A DNA stretch of 64,000 nucleotides from Eledone cirrhosa (taxonomy: Eukaryota), in NCBI GenBank assembly GCA_964016885.1, contig OZ024744.1:39742001-39806000 (forward strand), in the 5' to 3' direction. Made by a program: the position numbers and the translations under genes. Every line of letters starts with the position of its first letter. Position 1 is the first letter of the stretch. Below are positions 19,074 through 32,402 of this stretch, piece after piece. Under the pieces are notes generated by a model that was not told where the DNA came from, did no database searches, and saw only the letters and a list, made by a program, of their open reading frames with translations.

Positions 19074-20271
19074 CTATAATACAAAACTATTAGTTATACA
19101 ATGCGTATGTTTATCTAAACAAACTTTCATTATAATTTTATGTAAGAGTCTTTGTTAAGTTATGTTTCAAATGACAGATAAATAATGGGAAAGTGAGTAA
19201 ATATATTACTATATCTCTCCAAGTTCTTGATTATTTTCAATGGTTGATTGAAATTCATAGACTAGTTTTTATTAGAAATACGGAAGTAGTCGTCGTCTCC
19301 CACCCCCTCCTCTCCCTCCTCATCCGCCTTCTCTCATTCCCGAGAGGGTCGTGGGGGGCTGAATTCTCAAACATACCTTCCAGCGGGTCCTGTCAGAAGG
19401 AAGCATCTCCAACTGATTCGGCTAGATCCTCAAGCATGACTAGCCAAGTTGATACAGCTTGGTACTACTGTGTTCACGACTCATTTTTTCCCAATGGAGC
19501 AATGTAAAATAAAGTATTTTGTTCAAGAACACAATGCACCACCCAGTATGGTAATTGAACTCACAATCTTATTATTGTGGACCCAACTACTGTAATCATT
19601 AGTAACAGCTCTACCAAATTAACCACCTTATCTAATATATATATCATCATCATCATCATCGTTTAACGTCCATTTTCAACACTAGCATGGATTACATGAG
19701 TTGTCCTGTTTGAAGCAAGTCAGGTTAGATGACCATGTTTTGCTTGGTTTCTAGAGCTGGATGCACATCCTAACGCCAACCACATTTACAGTGTGTACTG
19801 AGTGCTCCTTATAATGACTGATGTAGTTGTCACGACAAAAAGCACCCAGCCCACACGATAAAGTGGTTGTGTAGGTGTCACACACATATATATATATATA
19901 TTCAACCTTTCTGTACTTATTGCTGTTGAGGTATGTGTATGGCCATTGCCTTTGGTCGTTTTTCTTAATGTCACACTTTTTAACTGTTGAATATACTCTA
20001 GACAGTAATGTATTAACATACCACGCTATTGAGTGCTTCGTGATTTCCTCAAACAACTCGATTAGTACCTGCTATATGGCAGCTACAACTTCAATTCATA
20101 CCTAATATATTATATATGCTAGCGTGGAAGATAGACGTTAAACGATGATGATGATGATGATGATATATATATATATAGTACATATATACACACATTCACA
20201 TACAGATAGTAATCCTGCTTGCAAGAAGGGAGTTGTATAATGAAACCAATGTATTATTTATATATATATAT

Positions 20272-23200
20272 AAGCTTTTCTGGGTGGGAAATGACAATGG
20301 GCTGGGTGGGGTAGGAATCATGTTAGCAGAAAAATGGGTGGATAAGATAATAGACGTAAATAGAGTAAATGACAGAATAATTAAAATAAGACTTGTTCTA
20401 AATAGAACTACTGTGACAGTAATATCTGCGTACGCACCCCAATCCGAACTTCCTGACGTTATAAAAGACAGATTCTATGAGACACTGATGCTCACTACCT
20501 CCCAAATAACCAACAGTAACTATATAATTATAGCTGGCGACCTAAATGGTCACGTTGGACAACATTGTGACGGCTGTGACGGAATCCATGGAGGCTATGG
20601 GTTTGGTACTAGAAATGAGGAAGGCTCCAGAATCCTGGAATTCTGTGACGCAAATAACCTAACTATCTGTAACACTAACTTCAAAAAACGAGACAATCAC
20701 TTGATCACCTACAGATCAGGGGAACACACAAGCCAGGTAGATTATATCCTTACCAGAAGACGTGACAGAGTGTCTGTTGTAAACACTAAATCCCTCCCCC
20801 ATGAAGAATGCACCTCCCAACATAGACTGATAATTAGCGACCTCATAGTCAGGACGAGACGTACTCGACAACAGAAGAGGACTATCCTCAGGAGAAAAAT
20901 ATGGAAGCTAAAGGACCCCACAGCCAGAAATAAATTTAAAAGCATATTACTTGATGCTTTCGACAGTAAGGAAGAGCATTTAGAGTCGTACAATATAGAG
21001 GAACAGTGGGAATTCCTGAAAGCAAACCTGCTGATGGCGGCAGACGGAGTCTGTGGCTGGAGCAGGCCTATAGGCAGGAGGAGAGTAACATGGGGGTGGA
21101 ACAGTAAGGTGGAGGAGTCAATTAAGGCCGAAAAGCAGGCTTGGAAAGTATGGCGGAATGGGGGAAGTAAAGAACACTATCAAGTGGCCAGGAGGGAAGC
21201 TAGGAGACAAGTGTACTTCACAAAAAGGGAAGCAGAGGAAAGAAAGTTCAAGCATGTTCTACAAAACGAGGACCAAAAACGTGAGGTGTTCAGGATTGCT
21301 AGGCAATGTGTCGAGGAAAACTGATATTGTCGGGGAGAAGTGTGTCCTTAATGATGATGGTGTACTTGCCATCACTGACGCTGATAAGAAGGTAGCTTGG
21401 AAGTGTCACTACGAAAGGCTACTAAATGAGGAGAATAAATGGGAGAAAGACAGTCTCCCCCACATCGATCCAATAGAAGGACCAGCAGTGTTAGGCGAAG
21501 GTAGTATAATAAGTAAGGCAATCAAAGATATGAAGACGGGTAAGGAGGCTGGGCCTTCGGAAATAGTTACTGAAATGCTGAAAGCTTCTGGAACGGTGGG
21601 ACACACCATGGTCACCCGGATAGTAAACCAAGTCATGCAGAATGGGGTTGTTCCGAAGGACTGGCGTAGCAGCATCATCATTAACTGCTACAAGGATAAA
21701 GAAGATGCCCTAGATAGGAGTAACTATAGAGGCATTAAATTAATCGACCAGGTCATGAAGGTCACAGAAAAAGTAATAGCGCAACTAATCAGAGAGAGAA
21801 TTGATCTAGATGAAATGCAGTTCGGGTTTGTGTCAGGTAAAAGTACCACAGACGCTCTTTTCATTGTACGACAACTATAGGAGAAGTACCTAGCTAAAAG
21901 TAAACCCCTATACTTAGCTTTTGTCGACTTGGAGAAAGCCTTCGACAGAGTCCCCCGTTCCATTATTTGGTGGGCTCTTAGAAAACTAGGTGTTGACGAA
22001 TGGCTTGTGAGAACTATACAAGCCATGTATAAAGAAACAGTCAGCAAGGTTAGAATTAACAACGAATATAGTGAAGAGTTTAGCGTAAATGTTGGTGTTC
22101 ATCAGGGCTCCGTTCTTAGCCCCCTACTATTTATTATTGCCCTCCAGGCTATAACAGTGGAGTTCAAGACCGGCTGCCCATGGGAACTCCTATACGCAGA
22201 TGATCTAACACTCATAGCTGAATCAATGGTCGAGCTAGAGAAGAAATTCCAAACATTGAAGCACGGCCTAGAATCAAAAGGCCTTAAAATTAACCTGTCT
22301 AAGACTAAAGTTCTAGTTTGCAGGAAGGAAAATAGGGCACCGGTCCCATCCGGGAAATGGCCATGCTCAGTGTGTAGGAAAGGAGTAGGTAGAAACTCCA
22401 TTTTATGTCCCAAATGCAAAGTATGGGTGCATAAAAGATGTAGTGGGATCATAGATTTTATATGTGGCCGGTACTCAGGTGCAATAAGTAGCAGCAAGTG
22501 CCCACAGAATACTAGCTCATTCCATTGCACAGATGGTTCTATAGAAATAGTGGACAGCTTCCGTTACCTGGGTGACAAAATCAGCAGTGGGGGAGGGTGC
22601 TCTGAAAGTACAGTAGCTAGAGTTAGAACTGGATGGAAAAAGTTCAGAGACCTTACACCACTATTAGCCGCTAAAGGGTTCTCCCTAAAAATGAAAGGCA
22701 GGCTGTATGATGCCTGCATACGAACAGCAATGTTACATGGCAGTGAGCCCTGGACATTGTTTGCAGAGGATATAGCAGACTGGAGAGGAACGAAGCTTGC
22801 ATGCTCCGCTGGATGTGTAATAGTAAAATACGTGAACGGCAAAGCATAAACGAACTAAGGGAAAAATTAGAAATAAGAGGGATCAGATGTTGTTTACTCG
22901 AGAGAAGACTACGTTGGTATGGTCACGTGATGCGCATGAAAGACGACAGCTGTATAAAAAAGTGCAGGGCAATAAAAATAGACAGTAGCCACGGAGTAGG
23001 CAGACCCAGAAAAACCTGGGACGACCTGATAAATTCTGACCTCACACACTTACACCTCTCCAAGACAATGTCACTGGACCGAGATCTTTGGCGCTACACA
23101 GTAATAGAGAAGACCCGCCTTAGCTAAGTACAAAGTGAAACCTACTACAGTCAGTAAGCACCTCTAACAAAATACACCCCCGTCCCACCACCCCACCCCA

Positions 23201-23505
23201 TCCACACCACCCCTCTCAATGTAAAGTTATGTTGGTACCACAACATCCAGGCCGAAACAAATTGAGGTCGTGTAGGTGTCACAACAAAAAAACACACAGT
23301 CCACGCTGTAATGTGGCCGTGTAGGTAACACGGTAAAAACCTCCCAGTTCCACACTGTAAAGGTGGTTGGTGTTAGGAAGGGCATCTAGCCGTAGAAAAC
23401 CCGCCAGACAGTCCTATATGAGCAAGATAACCACTCTTGCCTCAAGTGGGAAAACTCCCGTCCAAACCCATGCAAGCGTGGAATATGGACGTTAAACGAT
23501 GATGA

Positions 23506-23508
<3 letters not shown>
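20272..23508 (+). mobile_element. RTE family A, near full-length decayed copy (APE endonuclease, RT, PHD-like finger, 3' UTR)
   Basis: APE motifs ISAYAPQ, AGDLNGHVG, QVDYIL, SQHRLI. The ORF is split by frameshifts and a stop across 20233-23127. (GAT)n tail with (TA)n on both sides. Confidence 0.92.
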
Positions 23509-23548
<40 letters not shown>

Positions 23549-23549
<1 letters not shown>

Positions 23550-24020
23550 CCGGCCTTTCGTTCATAGGGAGAAACCCCTTCTTTGTCAACAGAGGAAGCA
23601 GCTCCCTAAACTTCTTCCAACCCATCCTTATTCTGGATACTAAGGCCTTGGAACACCCCCCTCCCTTACTAATCTGATCGCCTAGGTATCGGAAGCTATC
23701 AACCACCGCTATAGGCCCTACCCGCATTTGAAAAATGTGTCTATCACTGCGATTTCTACTGTCAAATTTCCCTGTGCATCTACTGCATACATAGTTTTCC
23801 CTACCCTGTTAGTTTGCCTGCTATCCCACTACATCTCTTGTGTACCCAAGATCTGCATTGTGTACATTTTATAGAATTTATGCCAACTCCTTTCCTACAT
23901 ATTGATGGAATTTCCCTGATGGAATCAGAGTTTTGTCCTCTTTGCTACTTATCAACACCTTTGTCTTAGCTAGGTTTACTCTCAGTCCTCTTGATTCCAG
24001 CTGCTGGTTCCATAGCCAGA
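23549..24020 (-). mobile_element. RTE family B internal fragment
   Basis: [18 protein letters not shown]...[12 protein letters not shown]; homologous to 18640-18873. Confidence 0.8.
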
Positions 24021-24441
24021 ATTTATACATATATAATATATAGAAATAAACACAGAAAAATGTGTTTAAAATTATGAGGGCTGGAAAACCACCTTGGTAT
24101 GAAGAATATACAAGATTAAAGTTGAATTAAATGTACAAACCATTTCAATAACCATTACTCTCCTGGACAGATTACAGAAGTAATCTGTTTTGCCGTAAAA
24201 TCCTAAGGCTTTTCAACAGGAAATAGAAATTATATGCAACAAACACCTAGAGGTAAATTAGGTAAATCACACGAGGGAGAAAAATACCCCGTGCGACATG
24301 CAGTGCAAAGTGGCGTGAGTGGATTATATAACGGCTAGAAATGGTAGCCTAAATTCACTCAACTTGTAAGCTCTACAAAACAAAGAGATAAATTTCAAAT
24401 AAATACTCATATTAATACCCTGTAATTAATAAGCTCAAAGT

Positions 24442-24789
24442 GGAGGCACAAGGCTTAGTGGTTAGAGCATTGGCCTTGCAATCGAAAGGTTGTGAGTTCA
24501 ATTCTCAGACCGGGTGATGTGTTGTTTCCTTGAGCAAGACACTTTATTTCACATTGCTCCAGTTTACTCAGCTGTAGAAATGAGATGATAGGGACTGGAG
24601 TCCATATCATTCCACTGCAAAGTGGTCGTGGTTGTGCCATGGCAAAAAAGCACCCAGCACTCACTGTAAATGAGGTTGGTGTTAGGAAGGGCATCCAGCT
24701 GTAGAAATCAAGCCAGAATCAGTTCCCGTCCAACCCTTGCAAGCAGGGAAAAAGCGGACGTAAAATGAAATGATGAAAATGAAATGAAA
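24442..24789 (+). mobile_element. tRNA-derived CORE-type SINE with an RTE-derived 3' end
   Basis: A/B-box-like head, CCTTGAGCAAGACACTT core and RTE-like tail; copies at 33968-34300 and 57311-57652 on -. Confidence 0.8.
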
Positions 24790-24846
24790 GTATAAAAACC
24801 GAGCATTTTATAATATATTCCTATTAATTACATATATATATATACG

Positions 24847-25275
24847 ATAAATGTAATCTGAGTTTTTCGAATATTAATAATAATATTCGATTAGTTTGCA
24901 ATTATGCAAACAGCCTAATTTTTAAAGCCATGTCAGTAGAATGAGCCCCTCATTCTTGCTCTTGTGTTGGCATGTAAACAGAACTGCAGACACTAATGTT
25001 TCTGGGCATCACCCTTCATCAGTGCAGTTTACTGTTCACCTGCCAACTGTCAGAGCTAGTTAAAAATATATATTTTCTAAAATATACAGTGACTGATCAG
25101 CCTAATTTGCATATTAGCAGACTAGCTGATCAGTCAGATCTGCATATTAGCAGATCCACTGACAGGGCTTTAAAAAAGAGGCTATTTGCATAATTGCAAA
25201 TGAATCGAATATTATTATTAATATAAAAAAAACTCAGATTACATTTATTGTATTCAGCCAAGTAGAGCGATAATA
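24847..25275. mobile_element. MITE/foldback element with long imperfect terminal inverted repeats
   Basis: ataaatgtaatctgagttttt...ttgcaattatgcaaa at the left end is mirrored at about 25185-25248; related copy at about 49170-49698. Confidence 0.7.
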
Positions 25276-25515
25276 AAAAAAAAAATATATATATATATAT
25301 AAACCATATAACTCATTGTTTATATATATATATATATATCAAGTAAGAATATTTTCGAAACAGCGAGCGAGTTTGAAATTATAAGTATAAGTATTAGCTA
25401 TCGCCATATTTTAACTAAAGAAATTAAAGAAATTATTTAGCCTGATAGTGGGGTTAAGAACCCTCGGAGAAATGGAAAAAGATGAGTATTGACGTACAAT
25501 ATATATATATTGACG

Positions 25516-25561
<46 letters not shown>

Positions 25562-25569
25562 TATATATA

Positions 25570-26069
25570 ATCATCATCATCATCATCATTTTACGTCCGC
25601 TTTTCCCTGCTTGCAAGGGTGGGACGGGTCTTATTCAGCACAGCATCTCTCCACTTGTCACGGTCCCTCGTCATCTCCACCGTGAGCTTCAATGATCTGA
25701 GGTCTGTTCTCACCACCTCCGCCCATGTTATTCGTGGTCTACCTCTACCACGTCTTCCTTCAACTGGCATTTCCTGGCACTTCTTCACCCATCGGTCATC
25801 CTCCTGACCATACCACATCAGTCTCCTCTCCCGTACACTACATTCTATCCCTCTCAGACACAGTCTCTCTCTCAACACGTTTATGCTGGGTCGTTCACGC
25901 ACATTTACACTGCACATCCAACGGAGCATGCTTGCCTCATTTCTCTCCCGCCGTCGCATATCCTCTGTAGTTGCTGCCCATGTCTCACTACCATGCAGCA
26001 TCGCGCTCCTCACACAGGCATCATACAACCGGCCTTTCGTACGCAGGGAGAAACCCTTCTTCGTCAACA
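25570..26069 (-). mobile_element. RTE family B, 3' fragment
   Basis: Close match to 18158-18680 with a small deletion; (TA)n on both sides. Confidence 0.88.
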
Positions 26070-26582
26070 GATATATATATAATATATATAATATATATAT
26101 AATATATATAATATATGGAAAGTGGTCGTGGAGGTGCCACGGCAAAAAAGCACCCAGCACTCACTGTAAATGAGGTTGGTGTTAGGAAGGGCATCCAGCT
26201 GTAGAAATCAAGCCAGAATCAGTTCTTGTCCAACCCTTGCAAGCAGGGAAAAGTGGACGTAAAATGAAATGATGATGAATGATGATATATATATATATAT
26301 ATATATGAAAATGAAATGAAATGAAAATGTATATATTTGTACTAATCAATAACAACCAACAAAGGTTTATAACACACCTTTATAAGTTGGTTGCTGTTGT
26401 TGTAGTAGTAGTAGTATCTTCTCACTTATCATTTTGGAAAATAAGAACGTGATTGGGTTTAGGAAGGCATCCAGCTGTAAAAAACTCAGCCAAAGCACAG
26501 TTCTGTTTAAGCAAGGTATGACATGGCTGACTGGTCAGACATGTCACATAATGTGGATGATCCGTCATAAGACATTAAATGA

Positions 26583-26621
<39 letters not shown>

Positions 26622-26626
<5 letters not shown>

Positions 26627-27342
26627 TCATCATCGTTTAACGTCCAACTTCCACGCTTGCATGGGTTTGGACGGGAGTTTTCCCACTTGAGGCAAGAGTG
26701 GTTGTCTTGCTCATATAGGACTGTCTGGCGGGTTTTCTACAGTTGGATGCCCTTCCTAACACCAACCACATTTACAGTGTGGGTCTGGGAGGTTTTTACC
26801 GTGTTGCCTGCACGGCCACATTACAGCGTGGACTGTGTGTTTTTTTGTCGTGACACCTACACGATCTCATTTGTTTCGGCCTGGATGTTGTGGCACCAAC
26901 ATAACTTTACATTGAAAGGGGTGGTGTGGATGGGGTGGGGGTAGTGGGACGGGGGGTGTATTTTGTTAGAGATGCCTACTGACTGTAGTAGGTTTTTACT
27001 TTGTATTTAGGTAAGGCGGGTCTTCTCTATTACTGAGTACCGCCAAAGATCTCGGTCCAGTGACATTGTCTTGGAGAGGTGTAAGTGTGTGAGGTCGGAA
27101 TTTATCAGGTCGTCCCAGGTTTTTCTGGGTCTGCCTACTCCGTGGCTACCATCTATTTTTATTGCCCTGCACTTTTTTATACAGCTGTCATCTTTCATGC
27201 GCATCACGTGACCATACCAACGTAGCCTTCTCTCGAGTAAACAACATCTGATCCCTCTTATTTCTAATTTTTCCCTTAGTTCGTTTATGCTTTGCCGTTC
27301 ACGTATATTACTATTACACATCCAGCGCAGCATGCAAGCTTC
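26622..27342 (-). mobile_element. RTE family A, 3' fragment
   Basis: [17 protein letters not shown]...EKTRLT plus 3' UTR and (CAT)n tail; (TA)n on both sides. Confidence 0.9.
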
Positions 27343-27574
27343 GTATATATATATATATATCATCTGCATCAACGTTTAATCTCCACTACAGGTCATATAA
27401 AGTGCAGAGTAGTTGTCATCATCATCATCTTCATTTAACGTCCATCTTCCACGCTAACATGGGTTAGACGGTCATCATGTGTGTATATATTCACACATAT
27501 ATATATATATACACACATATATGTGTGTGTGCGTGTGTGTATATTTGCATGTGACCATGTATTGAATTCTTCAG

Positions 27575-27753
27575 TTTTGCAGAAAGCAATTGAAATTGAA
27601 GAAGATGATGTCCATTATCATAGAGACGAATTGATTAAACGATGTCAGAACAGATGGACAAAGAAAGAATTGTTGGCTGAAGAAAAAGAGCAGCAAGAAA
27701 TTCGGCAACAACTAATAGAAAAGAAATCCAGAGAATTGGAAGAAGAAAGACAG
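27575..27753 (+). CDS. Exon of a SWAP70/DEF6-like host gene (end of PH domain, start of coiled coil)
   Basis: Acceptor ttcttcag| and donor CAG|gtaaag (phase 0); peptide LQKAIEIEEDDVHYHRDE...KSRELEEERQ. An alternative acceptor at 27583 is possible. Confidence 0.72.
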
Positions 27754-28769
27754 GTAAAGATTGTATTATACATTATTTATAATCATCATCATCGTTTAAT
27801 ATCAAATTTCCATGCTTGCATGGGCTAGATGGGTTGTCATGCTATGAAACAAGTCAGATCAGGTCTTGAATGGACAATCTGTATTTTGGCTTGGTTTCTA
27901 CAGCTGGATGCCCTTCCTAACACCAACCATGTTACAGTGTGGACTGGGTGCTTTTTTGTCATATCACCAGTGCAACCGCTTTACTGGGTAGACAGGATGC
28001 TTTTGTTGTTGTTGTACCAGCTCTATCATTGTACAGGATAGACTAAGTACTTTATTATTTTGGCAGCAACACTGTAGAAGAGCAAGTGTGGAGCACAAAC
28101 TTCCCATGCTTGTACAGAACAATCTGCTCATTAAATTAATAAGTGGCTGAGCATTCTACAGACACATACTCCTTGTTCAAGGCCTCAACAATCACTGTAA
28201 ATCAAACTTACAATGTTAAAATCAAGAACTAAATACACTAACACACATAAATACAGTATATATAGGCACAGACATATATATAAGAAGTTCACTTTGCAAC
28301 AACATGGTTTCGGATTCAGTCCCACTGCATGGTACCTTTGGAAAATGTCTCCTACTGTAGCTAATTGTTGGCCAATGTATTGTGGTTGGAATGTGGTAGA
28401 AAAAAACTGTAGGAACTTGTCAAGTGTGTGTGTGTGTATCTGTGTATCATCATCATCACCGTTGTACGTCCATTCTTCCACGCTAGCATGGGTTAGCTGG
28501 GTTGTCCTGTTGTGGGCAGTGCCTGGTTGGCTGACCTTGTCTTGCTCATACGGGAACTGATTCTGGCTTGATTTCTACAGCTGGATGCCCTTCCTAACAC
28601 CAACCTCATTTACAGTGAGTACTGGGTGCTTTTTTTCCCTGGCGCCTACATGACCACTTTACAGTGAGTGCTGGGTGCTTTTTTGTTGTGACACCTCCAC
28701 GACCACTTGGAGGGAGTGGGAGCACATTGTCTATATGCTTCAGCTTCAGCTTGTACCAGTGGGAAGTCA

Positions 28770-29240
28770 GGTCTTCTGTAATACTGCAGAGGTCATGGTC
28801 CTGTGTCATCGCCTTTGAGAGGTGCAGTTGGATATGGTCGGCTTTTATCACCTCATCCCAGGTCTTCTTGGATCTCCCCACTCCAAGGATATATATATAG
28901 TGGGATCTCAGGTGGTTTAGCTTCCATCGACTTCTAGTGCTCTGTACCTTTTTATGCAGCTGCCATCCTTCATATGCATCACATGTCCATACCAACACAA
29001 CTTCCTCTGCTGCACACAGCATTTGATTCCTTTTATGCTCAGTCTCTCTCTTAATTCGTTTATGCTTTGCCATTTGCATATATTACTATTAAACATCCAT
29101 CAGAGCATGTAAGCTTCGTTTCTTTCTAATCTATGCAAGTCTTCTACACACAACACCCAAGTCTCACTACCATGTAACATTGCTGTTCATATGCACGCAT
29201 CATACATTCTGCCTTTCATTTTTAGGGAAAAGCCTTTTGC
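28770..29240 (-). mobile_element. Older diverged RTE family A-related 3' fragment
   Basis: GVGRSKKTWDEVIKAD...LHLSKAMTQDHDL, frameshifted. Confidence 0.7.
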
Positions 29241-30542
29241 GGTAGCAGTAGCAGAAAACAGAACCCAGGGATCTGGGTTCTGTTTTCTCGTCTACTTACG
29301 AGGACCTTAGTCTTTTTCAGGTTGACTTTGAGAGTGCTCACATTTGTGTCTGTATTTATATTCTATTTCTAAGCAGTTAGACAAAAAGAAATTTATAAAG
29401 AGCCTGACCAAATCCGAAAAAGCATCCTGTCCAACTCTTTAACAATTCCACCAATCAACCACTGCCCCAAGACTGGTACTTTATTTATCAGCCTCAAAAC
29501 AATAAACGGCAAAGTTCACTTCAGTGGGATTTGAACTTAGAGTATAGAGAACAAGAACAAATATTGAGGCAGTTAATCAGTTGCTCTACAAAGTTTGCCA
29601 ATTTGTTATTTGTAAAGCACTGTGTTAAAATCACATTGGGCTTAACACTTTACCTTGCATCCTCCCTGGCTGTCAATAAAGTAGGTTTAAATTCCAATGA
29701 GGTTGAATACCTTCTGTCTTTCTGGATTTCATCATCATCACCATCATTGTTTTTACATCAGCCTTTTTATGCTGGTGTGGATTGAGGTATTGTTTTACAG
29801 CCATAACTCCTTCTTGACACACAGGTATATAGTATACATATTTTAAATCAAATATGCACAGTTGATAAAATAAATACCAGTCAAGTGCTGGCATTGATTG
29901 AATCAATTATATCCTCTCTTTTCCAAATGTGTTGCTCTGTACCAATCATTAAGGTTAACTCTATCTTTCATAATTTGAATGGGTTGGCAGGTGTGTCAAG
30001 GAAATATGTACAGTGGAAGTTGGTTAATATACTTGTAGATAATATCATTAAACAGTTATTGTTATCAAAATTAGTGGATCCCAAACACTTTGAGGGTATA
30101 TTACCTTTGCTTAATGTTAACAGCTAATTATTCATATCTAAAGTGGTAAATCTAGTGCCACGTAAAAGCCCACCCAATACACTCTGTAAAGTGGTAGTGA
30201 TGGTGCCACAAAAAATGCACTGACACTCCCTGTAAGATGGTTGAAATTGGGAAGAACACTCAACTGTAGATATTATGCCAAATATGGAGCATATGAGCAA
30301 GATAAGGTTGCCCTGATCTATCTGATCTCAGACCATGTCAACCTGTCTGGCACATATTAGCTTAGAAAGCAGATGATGATGATGATGATGATGATGGAAA
30401 GGTGATTACAATAAGTGATCACAAAAAGTGGCTTCCTCTACACTAGTTTCATCCTTCCAGGGATGATAAATTAAAATACCAGTAATATACTTGAGCTGAT
30501 AAGATAAAATGCATGTTCCCATTGTATTTTTAGAAGACCAAT

Positions 30543-30848
30543 AACACCTGTCAACACACTTTTTGCTGACTTAGGTTTTGTTTTTGTTTTTAGCTAATTT
30601 TGAGGTGCTGATTTCAAATATGACATCCATTTCTCACCTAACACATCAGGTTTTCAAGTTTGTCTTTCACTCAACTATCCTATAAACACAGGAAACACTG
30701 ATATTTTGTATACCCTCCTTGTTGGCAATAAGAACTTGAAGTGATAGAAAAAAAGTATTGTCATTAAACTCAGCGGTCCCAAATTATTCAAGAACAGGTC
30801 TCAAACTTTGGTCAGCAGAAAAAAAGCAAAATTTTGTTGACCAGTGTA
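30543..30848. mobile_element. Possible non-autonomous DNA transposon relic
   Basis: Imperfect inverted ends acacctgtcaaca...ttttgctgac and gtcagcag...ttttgttgaccagtgt. Confidence 0.4.
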
Positions 30849-31680
30849 ATCCAATATTTATGTAAATGTGCACACATGCGCATATGTGTGTGTATGTGTA
30901 CACAAGTGTGTTTTTGTGTGTGTATAAAATAGAAATGTTTGTATAACAAACTATGTCTGTGAGTTTAACAGTTTATGTGTATATTAATGCATTCATCTTT
31001 ATTGATGTGTATATATGCTGACATGTGTATATGTATCATCATCATCATCATCTTCATTTAACGTTTATCTTCCACGCTAGCATGGGTTAGACGGGAGTTG
31101 TCCCACTTGAGGCAAGGTTGGTCGGGTGACCGTGTCTCGCTCATATAGGACTGTCTGGTAGGTTTTCTACGGCTGGATGCCCTTCCTAACACCAACCACG
31201 TGTGCACAAATATGTTTTTATGAGTGTGTGTGTGTGTAAAATAGAAATATTTTATATTGTTGCATCTTCGTGTATGTGCTTGCTTGCTAGTATGTGTGTG
31301 AATATGTTTCATTCATGTGTATGTGGATAGTGGTGTATATGTGTATTTCAGTGTAGATGTGTATCTATGCATGAGCATATATGTTAATGTATGTGTGTGT
31401 ATGTATGTTTAAGCCTGTGTGTGTGTTTAGATATATATGCATATATCTAGGTGTACATGTCTGTGTGTGCGTGCCTAGGTATGTTTAAGTCTGATTATGT
31501 GCACAAATATCAATGTGTAAGTATGTACATGTGTCAATGCGTGTGTATGTATGTTTGTGTATATGCATGTGTCAATGTGTGTGTGTGTGCATGTGTTTAT
31601 GTGTGTGTATTTGAATGAAATTTCATTTATATTGGATTGATTCCTGAATAAGTTGTCTTCTTACATGATATATTGTTTAG

Positions 31681-31826
31681 GCGAGAGCTGAAGCAGAAGC
31701 AAGACTACAGTTAGAGACTGCTCTTAGAGAAGCTGATAAAGACCATGTGAAGGAACTGGAACAACTTCTGGAAGAAGAGAGACAAGCAAAGCGTGATGAA
31801 GAATTGGTTAGAGCTGCTCAGGCTAG
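31681..31826 (+). CDS. Exon of the SWAP70/DEF6-like gene (coiled coil)
   Basis: Acceptor ttgtttag| and donor AG|gtgaag (phase 2). Peptide ends ELEQLLEEERQAKRDEELVRAAQA, resembling the SWAP70 segment EDERQARQDEETVRKLQAR (recalled, not searched). Confidence 0.8.
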
Positions 31827-32402
31827 GTGAAGAAGAATTATCATTCATTCAATCTGTACAGATCTCTCTCTCCCCCCCCCTCTTTCTATCGCGCTCTCTC
31901 TCTCTCTCGCTTCCTCTCTCTCCCTCTTTGTCTCGCTCTCTCTCACTCTTCCTCTCTGATTTCAATAACCTCTGTCATTTTCGTTCTACTAATTTATTTA
32001 TAATATTCTTAACTCTGAAGCCGAGAATCATTCGGTTTCCTAAATAGAATATTAGTCTACGACGTCATTTATACCATAAACGTGGTTTTGTCTTTGCGTG
32101 AAATTGTTCTCGACGCTCCACATAATGACGTATTATCTTCGCTATTTTCCGTTCTTTGCCAGGGAACGTCTTCATGAACCAAAGTATCGTCTTCCTGTTT
32201 TCCTTTGGTTGCAACGTTTTTCGAAAAATATTTACTTCTGCGTTCACAGATTGATTTTTTTAGTTTCAGAAGATCCCGTTAAGGTTGAAAGCAGCGATTC
32301 TTTGCTTAAACTTTAATCTGTTATTTTAATAAATATATATATATATATTTATATGTATGTATGTGTATATTTATATGTATGTTTATATTTATATGTATAT
32401 GT

